The position numbers and the translations under genes are program-made. 64,000 nucleotides of DNA from the NCBI GenBank assembly GCA_902801525.1, contig CADCIN010000003.1, positions 20,096 to 84,095 on the forward strand. Reading direction: 5' to 3'. Shown piece by piece: positions 9,992 to 20,289 of this stretch; position 1 is the stretch's first letter, and each line of letters begins with the position of its first letter. Source of the DNA: an uncultured Erysipelotrichaceae bacterium. GTDB lineage: Bacteria; Bacillota_I; Bacilli_A; RF39; UBA660. The notes below the pieces were generated by a model, which made no database searches, was not told the origin of the DNA, and saw only the letters and a list, made by a program, of their open reading frames with translations.

Positions 9992-12187
9992 CTACTCCTC
10001 ATCATCATGATTATCAAGATGTACATATCTTTCTTTTATTTCTTGAGTTCTACCTTTATTCCAGAAATTAGTACCAATATAACCACAAGTACGACGAGCA
10101 ACATTTAATGTATCATGATCTTTATTACCACATTCAGGACAATACCAATCTAAATTTTCATCTAATAATATTTCTCCAGAATATCCACATTTTTGACAAT
10201 AATCAGATTTAGTATTCATTTCAGCATACATAATATTATTATAAATAAATTTAATAACTTCTAAAACTGAACCTAAATTCTTCTCTAAGTTTGAGCATTC
10301 GATATATGAAATAGCACCACCTGGTGAAAGTCTTTGAAAATCAGATTCAAGTTTTAATTTAGTAAATGCATCGATTTTCTCAAACACAGGGACATGATAT
10401 GAATTAGTAATATAATCCCTATCAGTTACACCTTTAATCATACCAAATCTATCTCTTAAACATTTTGCAAATTTATATGTTGTTGATTCAATAGGAGATC
10501 CATAAACTGAATAATCAATATCTTCAGCATCTTTCCATTCCTTACATTTATCATTCATATGTTGCATAACTTTAATGGCAAAATCATAACCTTCTCCACC
10601 ATCAGTATGAGAATGTCCTGTCATATATTTAACACATTCATAAAGTCCAGCATATCCAAGTGATAATGTTGAGTATCCATGATGTAATAATTCATGAATT
10701 GATTCACCTTTTTCAAGTCTTGCAAGAGCACCATGTTGCCAAAGAATTGGAGCAACATCACTAGTTACTTTGGAAAGTCTCTTATGTCTAATTTGTAATG
10801 CTCTATGACATAAGTCAAGTCTTTCATCAAATATTGTCCAGAAATCATCCATATCTTTACTAGAAGATAAAGCAATATCAACTAAGTTAAGAGTAACAAC
10901 ACCTTGGTTAAATCTACCATAGTATTTACCTTTACCAGGTACATAGTTTTTAGCTTTAGCAATATTACCTAGACTAATACTTCTATCTGGAGTCAAGAAT
11001 GAACGACATCCCATACAAGGATAACAATCTCCTTCTCCATTTTCATTAATCTTCATTTCTTTCATTACTTTTTCAGAAATATAATCAGGAACCATTCTCT
11101 TAGCAGTACATTTAGCAGCAAGCTTAGTTAAATAATAATATTTTGATTTAGGATTCATGTTATCTTCTTCAAGTACATAAAGTAATTTAGGGAAAGCAGG
11201 AGTAACATAAACACCTTTTTCATTTTTCATACCTAAAATTCTTTGATTTAATACTTCTTCAATGATCATAGCAAGTTCATCTTTATATTCATCAGTTTCA
11301 CCTAAATACATAGTAACTGATAAAAATGGTGCCTGACCATTTGTAGTAGTCATAGAATTTATTTGATATTGAAAAGTTTGAACACCATCAACAATCTCTT
11401 TATGTAAATCTTCTTCAACATATTTTTCAATTTGAGCTTTAGTAAGTTTACGTGCTTTATATTTTTTTTCATAAGCTTCACGACTAGATCTAACAAATGG
11501 AGCTAAATGTGAAAGTGTAATTGTACATCCACCATATTGAGATGATGAAACTGCAGTAATTAATTGGGTAGCAATTGTCATAGCTGTTAAAAATCTATGT
11601 GGTTTTTCAATCATAACTCCATTAATATTTGTACCATTTTGAAGCATATCTTCTAAGTTAATTAAATCACAATTATGAAGTGCATTTTGTGCAAAATAAT
11701 CTGCATCATGAAAATGAATAATACCTTCATCATGTGCTTTAACTACATCTTCAGGAAGTAAAAATCTTCTAGTAATATCTGTACTAGTAATACCTGCTAA
11801 ATAATCTCTTTGAGTAGTAACTACTTTAGCATTTTTATTAGAATTTTCTGTATTCCAATATTCACTCTCACCATCAATAAGTTCTTTAATAGTCATATCT
11901 GTTGTATTACTTCTGCGAACAAGTTCTCTTGTATAACGATAAGTAATATATTGTTTTGCAAGTTTATATTTACCTATATCCATTAAACGCATTTCAATTA
12001 TATCTTGAATATCCTCCACTAAAATACGTCTTTTATGTAAACCTTCAATATACTTAACTATATTTTTTATTTGAATATCACTAACTCTATCTTCTTCGCT
12101 AACATCTAAATTAGCTTTTGATATGGCAGTTTCAATTTTTTCAGGACAGTAATCAACTATATGTCCATCTCTTTTAATTATCTTCAT
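9992..12187 (-). CDS. nrdD: anaerobic ribonucleoside-triphosphate reductase
   Basis: 731 aa with an N-terminal ATP-cone, a C-terminal Zn ribbon (CQKCGY..CPECG) and the glycyl-radical motif RTCGYIG. Confidence 0.95.
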   Translation of the reverse strand: MKIIKRDGHIVDYCPEKIETAISKANLDVSEEDRVSDIQIKNIVKYIEGLHKRRILVEDIQDIIEMRLMDIGKYKLAKQYITYRYTRELVRRSNTTDMTIKELIDGESEYWNTENSNKNAKVVTTQRDYLAGITSTDITRRFLLPEDVVKAHDEGIIHFHDADYFAQNALHNCDLINLEDMLQNGTNINGVMIEKPHRFLTAMTIATQLITAVSSSQYGGCTITLSHLAPFVRSSREAYEKKYKARKLTKAQIEKYVEEDLHKEIVDGVQTFQYQINSMTTTNGQAPFLSVTMYLGETDEYKDELAMIIEEVLNQRILGMKNEKGVYVTPAFPKLLYVLEEDNMNPKSKYYYLTKLAAKCTAKRMVPDYISEKVMKEMKINENGEGDCYPCMGCRSFLTPDRSISLGNIAKAKNYVPGKGKYYGRFNQGVVTLNLVDIALSSSKDMDDFWTIFDERLDLCHRALQIRHKRLSKVTSDVAPILWQHGALARLEKGESIHELLHHGYSTLSLGYAGLYECVKYMTGHSHTDGGEGYDFAIKVMQHMNDKCKEWKDAEDIDYSVYGSPIESTTYKFAKCLRDRFGMIKGVTDRDYITNSYHVPVFEKIDAFTKLKLESDFQRLSPGGAISYIECSNLEKNLGSVLEVIKFIYNNIMYAEMNTKSDYCQKCGYSGEILLDENLDWYCPECGNKDHDTLNVARRTCGYIGTNFWNKGRTQEIKERYVHLDNHDDEE

Positions 12188-12246
12188 TTAAAACACCTAC
12201 TTTCTCTATTCACAAATCAAGTATATTACTTTTTTAAAAAAATGTA

Positions 12247-12264
12247 ATGTTGCATTTGCAACAT
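12247..12264. promoter_or_regulatory. perfect 8-2-8 palindrome in the nrdD / crp-fnr divergent intergenic region
   Basis: ATGTTGCA-tt-TGCAACAT, directly followed by TTGACA (12265-12270). Confidence 0.35.
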
Positions 12265-12303
12265 TTGACATTTTTTGTTAAACTTTTTTTAGAAGGTGTT
12301 TTT

Positions 12304-12936
12304 ATGACTTATATATTTCAAGGAATAACTGAAAAAAATAAAAGAAAACTGCTTAACAATCTTTACGCTGATACTTTACACATAAAGACAGGTCAAGGTA
12401 TTTTTGATATGTATAAAGATGAAGAAATAATAGGGATAATTATAAAAGGTAATTTAAAAATTATTTCTAATACAGAAAATGGAAATGAAATTTTAATTGA
12501 AAATTTAGAAGAAAATGATATTTTTTCAACAACATTATCATTTTCTTCTGCATCAGTATCAGATGTAATTGCAATAGAAGATTCTGAAGTAATAATAATA
12601 TCATACGATGAAATATTAAAATATAAAGATAATTCAAAAAAATATTATAATTTATTTATTAAAAATTTATTTATAATATTTAGTCAAAAATTAAAAGAAA
12701 GAAACGAAAGACTTCAAATAATCTCTAAAAAAACAATCAGAAATAAACTACTTGAATACTTTGATATTATGTATAAGAAAAATCTTTCAAGAAACATATA
12801 TCTTCCTGGTACTTATATATCATTTGCTGCATATCTTGCAACAGATAGATCTGCATTATCAAGAGAATTAAAAAACTTAAAAGATGAAGGTTTTATCCTA
12901 ATAAATGGAAAAAGAATTACTCTTTTATATAAGTAA
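12304..12936 (+). CDS. Crp/Fnr family transcriptional regulator
   Basis: cNMP-binding-like N-terminus plus a C-terminal HTH (SFAAYLATDRSALSRELKNLKDEG). I moved the start to the ATG at 12304, which follows GAAGGTG. Confidence 0.75.
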   Translation: MTYIFQGITEKNKRKLLNNLYADTLHIKTGQGIFDMYKDEEIIGIIIKGNLKIISNTENGNEILIENLEENDIFSTTLSFSSASVSDVIAIEDSEVIIISYDEILKYKDNSKKYYNLFIKNLFIIFSQKLKERNERLQIISKKTIRNKLLEYFDIMYKKNLSRNIYLPGTYISFAAYLATDRSALSRELKNLKDEGFILINGKRITLLYK

Positions 12937-12943
12937 TTCTTTT

Positions 12944-13555
12944 TTATGCTTTTATTTTATTTTGAAAAAAATTAAGTCCATAACATATTCCGTATGCAAC
13001 TAAGAACATACTAATAAACCAAAATATCGAAACAAATACAGGTTGATTATAAACCATTAAGAATGGATAAGGACCAACAATTTTACGTATAATATTTAAA
13101 GTAATAGTTAATGCACTATATATACATGTAAAACCAAGACCAATAAGAACTGTTTTCTTATTATATTTATTTTTATAATCAAAGAATAAATATTTAACAA
13201 TTGCAAGGACTGGACATAAAGTATGAAAGAAAATAAAATCATTATGAAATAAATAAAATCCATATCTAAAATGATCAATCGGTGCAAGTACTAAAAGAAC
13301 AGTTAAAAATGTATTAGTAATAGAACATATGCTTATAAAATTAAAATCATTAATCCATTTCTTACTACCCTTGCCAAATATTAAATTTAATAAGTAAATA
13401 CTTGTAGAAATTAATAGTAGTAAATTACTAAGTTCTGTATAATAAATAAATAAAAAATCACCATTAATTCTAATTGAATAAGTTAATGCAATTACCTCCA
13501 AAATAACAATAAGTGAATTTATTAATATAGCTAAAAATTTTTTCATCTGTAACAC
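12944..13555 (-). CDS. polytopic membrane protein (possibly Pr6Pr family)
   Basis: About six predicted TM helices and a YYTELSNLL motif. Confidence 0.5.
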   Translation of the reverse strand: MLQMKKFLAILINSLIVILEVIALTYSIRINGDFLFIYYTELSNLLLLISTSIYLLNLIFGKGSKKWINDFNFISICSITNTFLTVLLVLAPIDHFRYGFYLFHNDFIFFHTLCPVLAIVKYLFFDYKNKYNKKTVLIGLGFTCIYSALTITLNIIRKIVGPYPFLMVYNQPVFVSIFWFISMFLVAYGICYGLNFFQNKIKA

Positions 13556-13674
13556 CTAACATTCTCGAATATTTTTATAACTTCTTCTTTGAAGTTACCA
13601 CGCAAGAAATAATTATAGTGAATTTGAAAAATAATTTCAATACAATTATATCAAAAAAGCATAAATTTGACACA

Positions 13675-14142
13675 TTATTTATATTTTTTTACATAAGCAG
13701 TCTTTATATCATTTCTTTTAGCTCCATATATATCAGCAATAATATCATTACCAATAAAAAGTGTCTCTGAAGGCTTAGTTTCTAAATTATCTAAAGCCAC
13801 AATAAAGTTCTTTTTTAAAGGTTTATTAGCAAGTGAAATATAGGTAATTCCAAGTGATTTAAAATACTTTTCTATTCTATAATCTTTTCCATTACTTAAA
13901 ACAATAACTTTAAAATTATTATTAATCATGTTAATCCATTCTCTATTAATTGCTGGAATAGAACCCATATTAGTTCTTAAAGTATCGTCAACATCTAGTA
14001 TAATAGCTTTAATACCCAAAAGTTTCAAATCATATATGTGTTCTAATTCCATCTCATTAACAGAATCAAGAACCAAGTCAGGTTTTCCAATATTAATACA
14101 TAACTTATCAAGAATTTCGTTAATAACATTATTATATAGCAT
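13675..14142 (-). CDS. YqeG-family HAD-IIIA phosphatase
   Basis: ILDVDDTL ... VLSNG ... GNDIIADI motifs in 155 aa. Confidence 0.7.
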   Translation of the reverse strand: MLYNNVINEILDKLCINIGKPDLVLDSVNEMELEHIYDLKLLGIKAIILDVDDTLRTNMGSIPAINREWINMINNNFKVIVLSNGKDYRIEKYFKSLGITYISLANKPLKKNFIVALDNLETKPSETLFIGNDIIADIYGAKRNDIKTAYVKKYK

Positions 14143-14150
14143 AAGTATAC

Positions 14151-16019
14151 CTACTTTAAAGTTCTCATTGAATTAATAACAGCAAGAACTGTAACTCCTA
14201 CATCGGCAAAAACTGCTAGCCACATTGATGCAAAACCAGTTGCAGATAAAATAAGAACAAGTACTTTAACTATAATTGCAAAATAAATATTTTCAAGAGC
14301 AATTCTTTGAGTCTTTTTTGATATTTTAATAGCAGAAAATAAATTAGTGATTTTATCGTTCATAAGAACAACATCAGCTGCCTCTATTGCTGCATCAGCC
14401 CCCATAGCACCCATAGAAATACCAATATCAGATCTTGCAATAACAGGTGCATCATTAATTCCATCACCAACGAATGAAACAAGACCACTTTCATTCTTTT
14501 CAATAATATCTTCAACTATTTTAACTTTATCTTCTGGAAGAAGCTCTGCATAATAAGAATCAATACCAAGTTTTTTAGATATATTACTTGCGATTTTCTC
14601 ACTATCACCAGTTAACATGACAGTATTAATATTTAATTTATTAATTAATTCTAAAGCTTCGAAACTATCATCTTTAATTTTATCAGAAATTATAATATGA
14701 CCTAAATACTTATCCTTGGTAGCGATATGTATAATTGAACCAACTTCATCACATTTGTCATATTTAATTTTTATTTTTTTCATAAGTTTATCATTACCTA
14801 CATAAATAAACTCACCATTGACTTTAGCTTTAACACCATAACCTGAATTTTCTTCAACTTCTTCTATATGACAATGATCACCTTTTTTAACTCTTTCAAA
14901 ATAAGCTTGTCTAAGTGAAACTGCAATTGGATGAGATGATACTGACTCAACATGATAAGCAAGATGTAGCAATTCATTTTCGTCATATAAAGAAGGATGA
15001 ATAGCCGTAACTTTAAAAACCCCTTCAGTCAAAGTACCAGTTTTATCAAAAACAATAGTACTAACTTTAGAAAGTGCTTCCAAATAATTAGCACCTTTTA
15101 TTAAGACACCTTTTTTAGCTGATCCACCAACTCCACCAAAATAAGATAGAGGAACAGAAATAACTAAGGCACATGGACAAGATACAACTAAAAAATTTAA
15201 ACTTCTTTTAATCCAAGTAACATAGTCACCAGTAATAAAAGAAGGAACAGTAGCAATTACAATAGCCATTAAAACGACAATCGGAGTATAAATTTTTGCG
15301 AATTTTGTAATAAACTTATCACTACTAGATTTATGATCATTAGCATTTTTAACTAAATCAATAATTTTAGAAGCAGTTGAATCACCAAATAACTTAGTAG
15401 TTTTAACTTTAATTTGTCCCTCATTATTCACACAACCAGATAAAATATTATCTCCAGATTTAACTTTTTTAGGAATAGATTCTCCAGTTAATGCAACTGT
15501 ATTTAAACTACTTACACCATCAATAACAACACCATCTAAAGGAACCTTTTCATAAGGATTAATAATAATTGTATCTCCTACTTTAACATTAATTGAATCA
15601 CATCTAACAACTTCATCATCTACAACTAAATTAGCATAATCTCCTCTAATTTGAAGTAAAGAACTTATAGATTTTTCACTATTATTAGATGCAATAATTT
15701 CAAATAATTCACCAACTTGAAATAGAATCATAACAAAGACAGCTTCTAAAAACTCAGGAGAACTATCAGGCAAAAAACAAATTAGAAAAGCACCAATAGT
15801 TGCGATACACATAAGTAAATTTTCATTAAATATTTCACCTTCTCTAAACTCCTCAACAGACCCAATATAAACATCATATCCTGCAATAAGATAAGGTATT
15901 AAAAATAATATAAAAGTTACATATAAGGGTAAAGAAAAAATATTATTAATAACTACGATAATAACAAGTACTATTACTGAAATAATAATTTGTAAAAACT
16001 TCTTAAAAATCTCATTCAT
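14151..16019 (-). CDS. heavy-metal (Cd/Zn/Co-type) translocating P-type ATPase
   Basis: CPC in a TM helix (VSCPCALV), DKTGTLT and GDGINDAP. There is no N-terminal HMA domain. Confidence 0.9.
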   Translation of the reverse strand: MNEIFKKFLQIIISVIVLVIIVVINNIFSLPLYVTFILFLIPYLIAGYDVYIGSVEEFREGEIFNENLLMCIATIGAFLICFLPDSSPEFLEAVFVMILFQVGELFEIIASNNSEKSISSLLQIRGDYANLVVDDEVVRCDSINVKVGDTIIINPYEKVPLDGVVIDGVSSLNTVALTGESIPKKVKSGDNILSGCVNNEGQIKVKTTKLFGDSTASKIIDLVKNANDHKSSSDKFITKFAKIYTPIVVLMAIVIATVPSFITGDYVTWIKRSLNFLVVSCPCALVISVPLSYFGGVGGSAKKGVLIKGANYLEALSKVSTIVFDKTGTLTEGVFKVTAIHPSLYDENELLHLAYHVESVSSHPIAVSLRQAYFERVKKGDHCHIEEVEENSGYGVKAKVNGEFIYVGNDKLMKKIKIKYDKCDEVGSIIHIATKDKYLGHIIISDKIKDDSFEALELINKLNINTVMLTGDSEKIASNISKKLGIDSYYAELLPEDKVKIVEDIIEKNESGLVSFVGDGINDAPVIARSDIGISMGAMGADAAIEAADVVLMNDKITNLFSAIKISKKTQRIALENIYFAIIVKVLVLILSATGFASMWLAVFADVGVTVLAVINSMRTLK

Positions 16020-16029
16020 GAAAAACCTC

Positions 16030-16791
16030 CTATTTTTTTAATATATGTAATATATGTCTTCCTGCTCCAAGTAATTCGATTCTTTCACATACTGAGAAAT
16101 GATATTTTAAAAAAAGTGAAAATTCTTCATCATTTAATTTATTAAGATCACTTCTCATATATTCACATGGACCATCTTGATTAATAATTAACTGTTCCCT
16201 AAGTCCAGAATCATCTTTGAGTTTATATATATCCTCTATTCTAACAAAAGAATATAAGTCTGTATCTTTAGATACAATATTAAAGTTATCATCTATTAAT
16301 TTATTATTAACTGAATCTAAAATATTTCTTTCCATAAATCCATGTTTAATAATTGCAAAGTCATTCATACAATAACTAATAAATATTAACCCATCATTTT
16401 TAACTACTCTCTTAGCTTCCTTCAAAGCCTTTAACTTATTTTCATAACTTATTAAATGATACAAAGGTCCAAATAATAAAACAATATCAAAACTATTATC
16501 ATCAAATCTGGATAAATCAGTCGCATTACCTTGATAACACTCAATACCCTTTTCTTCTATATATCTTAAATTATGTTTAACAAGTTCAACTGCCACCACA
16601 TCATATTTATTATTAAAATATTCACTATAAACACCAGTACCCGCACCAACATCTAGTATTTTATCGCCATCTTTTAAATACTTTTCAATATATTTAATAG
16701 TAGTAAGAAATTCAACTTGTCCATGTCTTCTTTTAAGTCTTTTATCTTCATTAAATTTATTATAATATTCTATAAGATTATTCTCATTCAT
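16030..16791 (-). CDS. class I SAM-dependent methyltransferase
   Basis: ILDVGAGTGVYS motif I. I moved the start to MNENNLIEYY. Confidence 0.75.
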   Translation of the reverse strand: MNENNLIEYYNKFNEDKRLKRRHGQVEFLTTIKYIEKYLKDGDKILDVGAGTGVYSEYFNNKYDVVAVELVKHNLRYIEEKGIECYQGNATDLSRFDDNSFDIVLLFGPLYHLISYENKLKALKEAKRVVKNDGLIFISYCMNDFAIIKHGFMERNILDSVNNKLIDDNFNIVSKDTDLYSFVRIEDIYKLKDDSGLREQLIINQDGPCEYMRSDLNKLNDEEFSLFLKYHFSVCERIELLGAGRHILHILKK

Positions 16792-16792
16792 T

Positions 16793-17752
16793 TTATTTAT
16801 CACCTTTCTTTTTATCTTTCTCAGTATCATTAATAAAATATAAAGGTCTTTTTTTAATTTCTAAATAAAGTTTAGATAAATAAATACCTATAATTCCTAA
16901 AAAGAAAAGTTGAATACCACTTAAGAATATAATTATACATACAAGTGATGGCCATCCAGATACAGGATCTCCCCAAATAATAGTTTTTACTATAATAATA
17001 ATTATAAATATAAATGCAATTAAACAAAATAATAGTCCTATATATGCAGATAAAAGTAAAGGTTTAGTAGATGTAGAACTAATCGCATCTATTGAATAAG
17101 AAAATAGTTTTCTAAGATTAAATTTAGACTTACCTGCTGCTCTATCATCAGTATTAATTGCAATCCATTTAATGTTATATCCCATATAAGAATAAAGTCC
17201 CCTAGTATATCTATTAACTTCCTGCATAGAAAGTAATGAATCAATTACTTTTTTACTCATAAGTCTATAATCTCTAGTACCAGGCTTTTCTAAATTACCA
17301 GATAATGAAGAATTTATTTTATACCAAATTTTAGTTAATAAGTTTCTGAAAAAAGAATAATCTTTATGACTTAGTGAATAAATAGCAGCTGCATCAAATC
17401 CTTCTTCTGTAACTGCATTATACATATCATTTAATAATTCAGGAGGATCCTGTAAATCACAATCCATAATAGTCACAAAATTTCCTAAACTACTCTTAAG
17501 ACCAGCATATATCGCAGCTTCTTTTCCAAAATTACGTGAAAAAGAAATAAATCTAACTCTTTTATCTAAAGAATTTAATTTTTTTATAATATTTAAACTA
17601 TTATCAGTAGAACCATCATCTACAAAAATGAATTCGAAGTTAACAAATTTCATATCCTTAGAAATAATATTTATTTTATCGTAAAAAATATTAATAACTT
17701 CTTCTTCATTATAAGTTGGAATAACTACTGAAATTAAATCTTTCTTTTTCAT
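16793..17752 (-). CDS. family 2 glycosyltransferase (GtrB/bactoprenol-sugar transferase-like)
   Basis: ISVVIPTYNEE and DCDLQDPP motifs plus two C-terminal TM helices. Confidence 0.85.
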   Translation of the reverse strand: MKKKDLISVVIPTYNEEEVINIFYDKINIISKDMKFVNFEFIFVDDGSTDNSLNIIKKLNSLDKRVRFISFSRNFGKEAAIYAGLKSSLGNFVTIMDCDLQDPPELLNDMYNAVTEEGFDAAAIYSLSHKDYSFFRNLLTKIWYKINSSLSGNLEKPGTRDYRLMSKKVIDSLLSMQEVNRYTRGLYSYMGYNIKWIAINTDDRAAGKSKFNLRKLFSYSIDAISSTSTKPLLLSAYIGLLFCLIAFIFIIIIIVKTIIWGDPVSGWPSLVCIIIFLSGIQLFFLGIIGIYLSKLYLEIKKRPLYFINDTEKDKKKGDK

Positions 17753-17772
17753 ACATAAACCCTCTAACTATA

Positions 17773-18803
17773 TTATATTTTATCAAAAAAAATAAAATAA
17801 ATCCACAAAAAAACCATACTATAAATAGTATGGTTAAAATGATTCTCAAAATTAGTCATTTTATCAATATTACTTTCTGATTTATCAATTAAATTAGTTA
17901 ATTCTAAAAAAGAAGAAGGATTAAATGGTAAAAATGTAAGATTAACAGCTTGTTGCATTTCATCTTCATTATGATAAGCATTTTTTAAAAATATTTGATA
18001 TAACTCATCTTCACTCATCACAGAATCACCAAAATCGCCAAATCCAAAAACGAAATAAATACTTTGAAAATCAGGATTATTATAATGAATTTTTAACTTA
18101 CTTAAAATATCAGAATTTAAGAGTAATTTAATAAAACCAACTTTAGTTCTTCTACCAGTACTAAATCTTTCAGCTAAAATCTTATGATCAGTTAATTTAA
18201 CATTGTGTTTTTTACTATTATCGAGAAGCTTATGAACTTTACCAGAAAATTCTTTATCATTGTTATTTGTATGTTTAAGTATATTAAGAGTTTTTTTAGA
18301 CTTTCTAATAGAAGAATCAGCTTTACCAGAACTATAAGCATTTGAAATATTTAATAAACTATCAAAATCATCTAAAGTAATAACATAATTATATATTTTA
18401 GAGCCTAAATACCGATCATCTAAACTATCAGGATTATATTTTTCTTGAATATATATTTTTAATGTACTATTTAATTTTTTTAAATTAGATTCTATATCAT
18501 TAAATAAAGAATCATCAGAATATAAATGATATATTTCATCAATTGAAAATATCTCTTTACTAATTGAATCAATAAGATCACTAGTTTGTTTATTTAAAAT
18601 ATATAAAGAAAATTGAATTAAATCACTATCAGCATAAAAGAATTCTGAAAAATAATGAGCATTATCATCAAAACTAATACTAGGATCATAATAATCTTGA
18701 TATCTGATATGGTTATCTACAAAATCATATTTAGCAAGATTATCGTTTACTTCTTCAGATAAATTAATAATACTAAGTAATTGATATTTTTAAAAACATC
18801 CAT
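17773..18803 (-). pseudogene. hypothetical gene, apparently frameshifted near its 5' end
   Basis: My translation shows the frame of ORF 17773-18021 stays open upstream to 18790 with no start codon. An ATG at 18803 lies one frame off, across a T5A5 run (18787-18796). Confidence 0.4.
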
Positions 18804-18860
18804 TTGAATGATTTATAGAATCTTTTATACTAATTATTTTATTTAAAACTTCTAGTTTAT

Positions 18861-19244
18861 TCATATTCTTCTTTCCTTTTTATCTTCTTTAAATTTATTC
18901 TTGCTTTTTATTTTATTTAGAATAGTATTTGTCTTTCTGACATCTAAATCACTATCATAATATAAACAATCCAAAAGATATGATGCTTCAACCAAAGTAT
19001 CATAATCTTTAGAATGATTATATTGAGATAATAAATCAACTATATATAATAATCTATTAATTCTATCATCAGTAACATTTGTATTATCTGCTATTTTACA
19101 CTCATAACTTATATTAGAAATATCATTTAACTTTTCATTTCTTAATTCATTTACTAAATGTAAAATTACCTTTTTATCATAATTAGAAATATCTTTGTTT
19201 GTTAATAATTCATCTTTTATTAATTTAATATCTTCATTAGTCAT
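18861..19244 (-). CDS. hypothetical protein
   Basis: 127-aa ORF immediately downstream of fic. I recognise no domain. Confidence 0.5.
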   Translation of the reverse strand: MTNEDIKLIKDELLTNKDISNYDKKVILHLVNELRNEKLNDISNISYECKIADNTNVTDDRINRLLYIVDLLSQYNHSKDYDTLVEASYLLDCLYYDSDLDVRKTNTILNKIKSKNKFKEDKKERRI

Positions 19245-19255
19245 AATACCCCCCT

Positions 19256-19966
19256 TTATTTACTTAATCCGTTATTAATACTATCAGAACCAATACTTTT
19301 CTTCAAGAAATCAGCTAAATTCTTATCACAATACTTATCAATATAATTTAATTGTTCTTCATTAGATAGTACTGTAGTTCTTGATTGAAATATTTGACCT
19401 AACAATCTATTATCGCCAAGTAAACTTTTTATACTAGCAGAAATCATCTCATCTCTATCTACTTTTGAAATATTAAAATCAAGTCCATTTATTCTTCCAA
19501 GTGCAGTAATAAATTCTCTTTGAGTTCTACCATTACCTTCTCTAAATGGATGCATTGAATTTAAATCACCAAATAAATCTACTAAGCAAGTAAATTTCTC
19601 ATTTATAGGTAGATCAATATAATAATTTTTTTTCTTTAATTTTCTAAATATATCTTTAGAATAGTCACTAATATAACTAACATAGCAAAAAGGAATACCT
19701 TTACCTATTTCACAATTTCTAAACTCTCCAGCCCAAGGATAAACATCTTGAAATAAGTAAGAATGTATATTTTTTAAATGATTTTCATCAAAACTACCCT
19801 TAACAGGATTATTTTTAATATCAAGCATTCTCAATGAAACATATTTTCTTTCAGTAGAAACTAATAAATCATTGTCTTTAATATCAAAATTATTAACTAA
19901 AACCTCAGTATTAGGATAATACCAATAAGGATAATTATAATTTACTTTTTCCTTCATATTCATCAT
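19256..19966 (-). CDS. Fic family protein (class I, toxin-like AMP-transferase)
   Basis: Canonical Fido motif HPFREGNGRTQR. Confidence 0.9.
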   Translation of the reverse strand: MMNMKEKVNYNYPYWYYPNTEVLVNNFDIKDNDLLVSTERKYVSLRMLDIKNNPVKGSFDENHLKNIHSYLFQDVYPWAGEFRNCEIGKGIPFCYVSYISDYSKDIFRKLKKKNYYIDLPINEKFTCLVDLFGDLNSMHPFREGNGRTQREFITALGRINGLDFNISKVDRDEMISASIKSLLGDNRLLGQIFQSRTTVLSNEEQLNYIDKYCDKNLADFLKKSIGSDSINNGLSK

Positions 19967-20216
19967 TTCCTTTTAATTTATTAAGTCCTTTAACTGCACC
20001 ATTTACATATTCATTGTAATATTTTCTAGCATCACTACCAGATATATTACCAATTTCTATTTGAGCAAGAATAGCAAATTCACTTTTAGTTAAATATTCC
20101 CCTTCCTGTGCCAAAGAAAAATAAACATCCATAACATCATCTTTCTTATCTTCAGGTAAAGTATCTATTATATTCCTGAAATTTTCAGGTAACTTATTGT
20201 AATATTCTTCTTTCAT
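19935..20216 (-). CDS. VbhA/FicA-like antitoxin with inhibitory (S/T)xxxE(G/N) motif
   Basis: SLAQEG motif in a 93-aa ORF whose 3' end overlaps the fic start. Confidence 0.65.
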   Translation of the reverse strand: MKEEYYNKLPENFRNIIDTLPEDKKDDVMDVYFSLAQEGEYLTKSEFAILAQIEIGNISGSDARKYYNEYVNGAVKGLNKLKGNDEYEGKSKL

Positions 20217-20289
20217 TTAAATCCCTCTTTCTAAGAGATATTATATCATTTAAATATATAAAAAAAAACTTAAACTAAAGTTTTTTTGT

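Noticed and set aside
13928-14553. Plus-strand ORFs 13928-14176 and 14347-14553
   Set aside because: They are antisense to the YqeG-like phosphatase and P-type ATPase genes. They are shadow ORFs with no start context.
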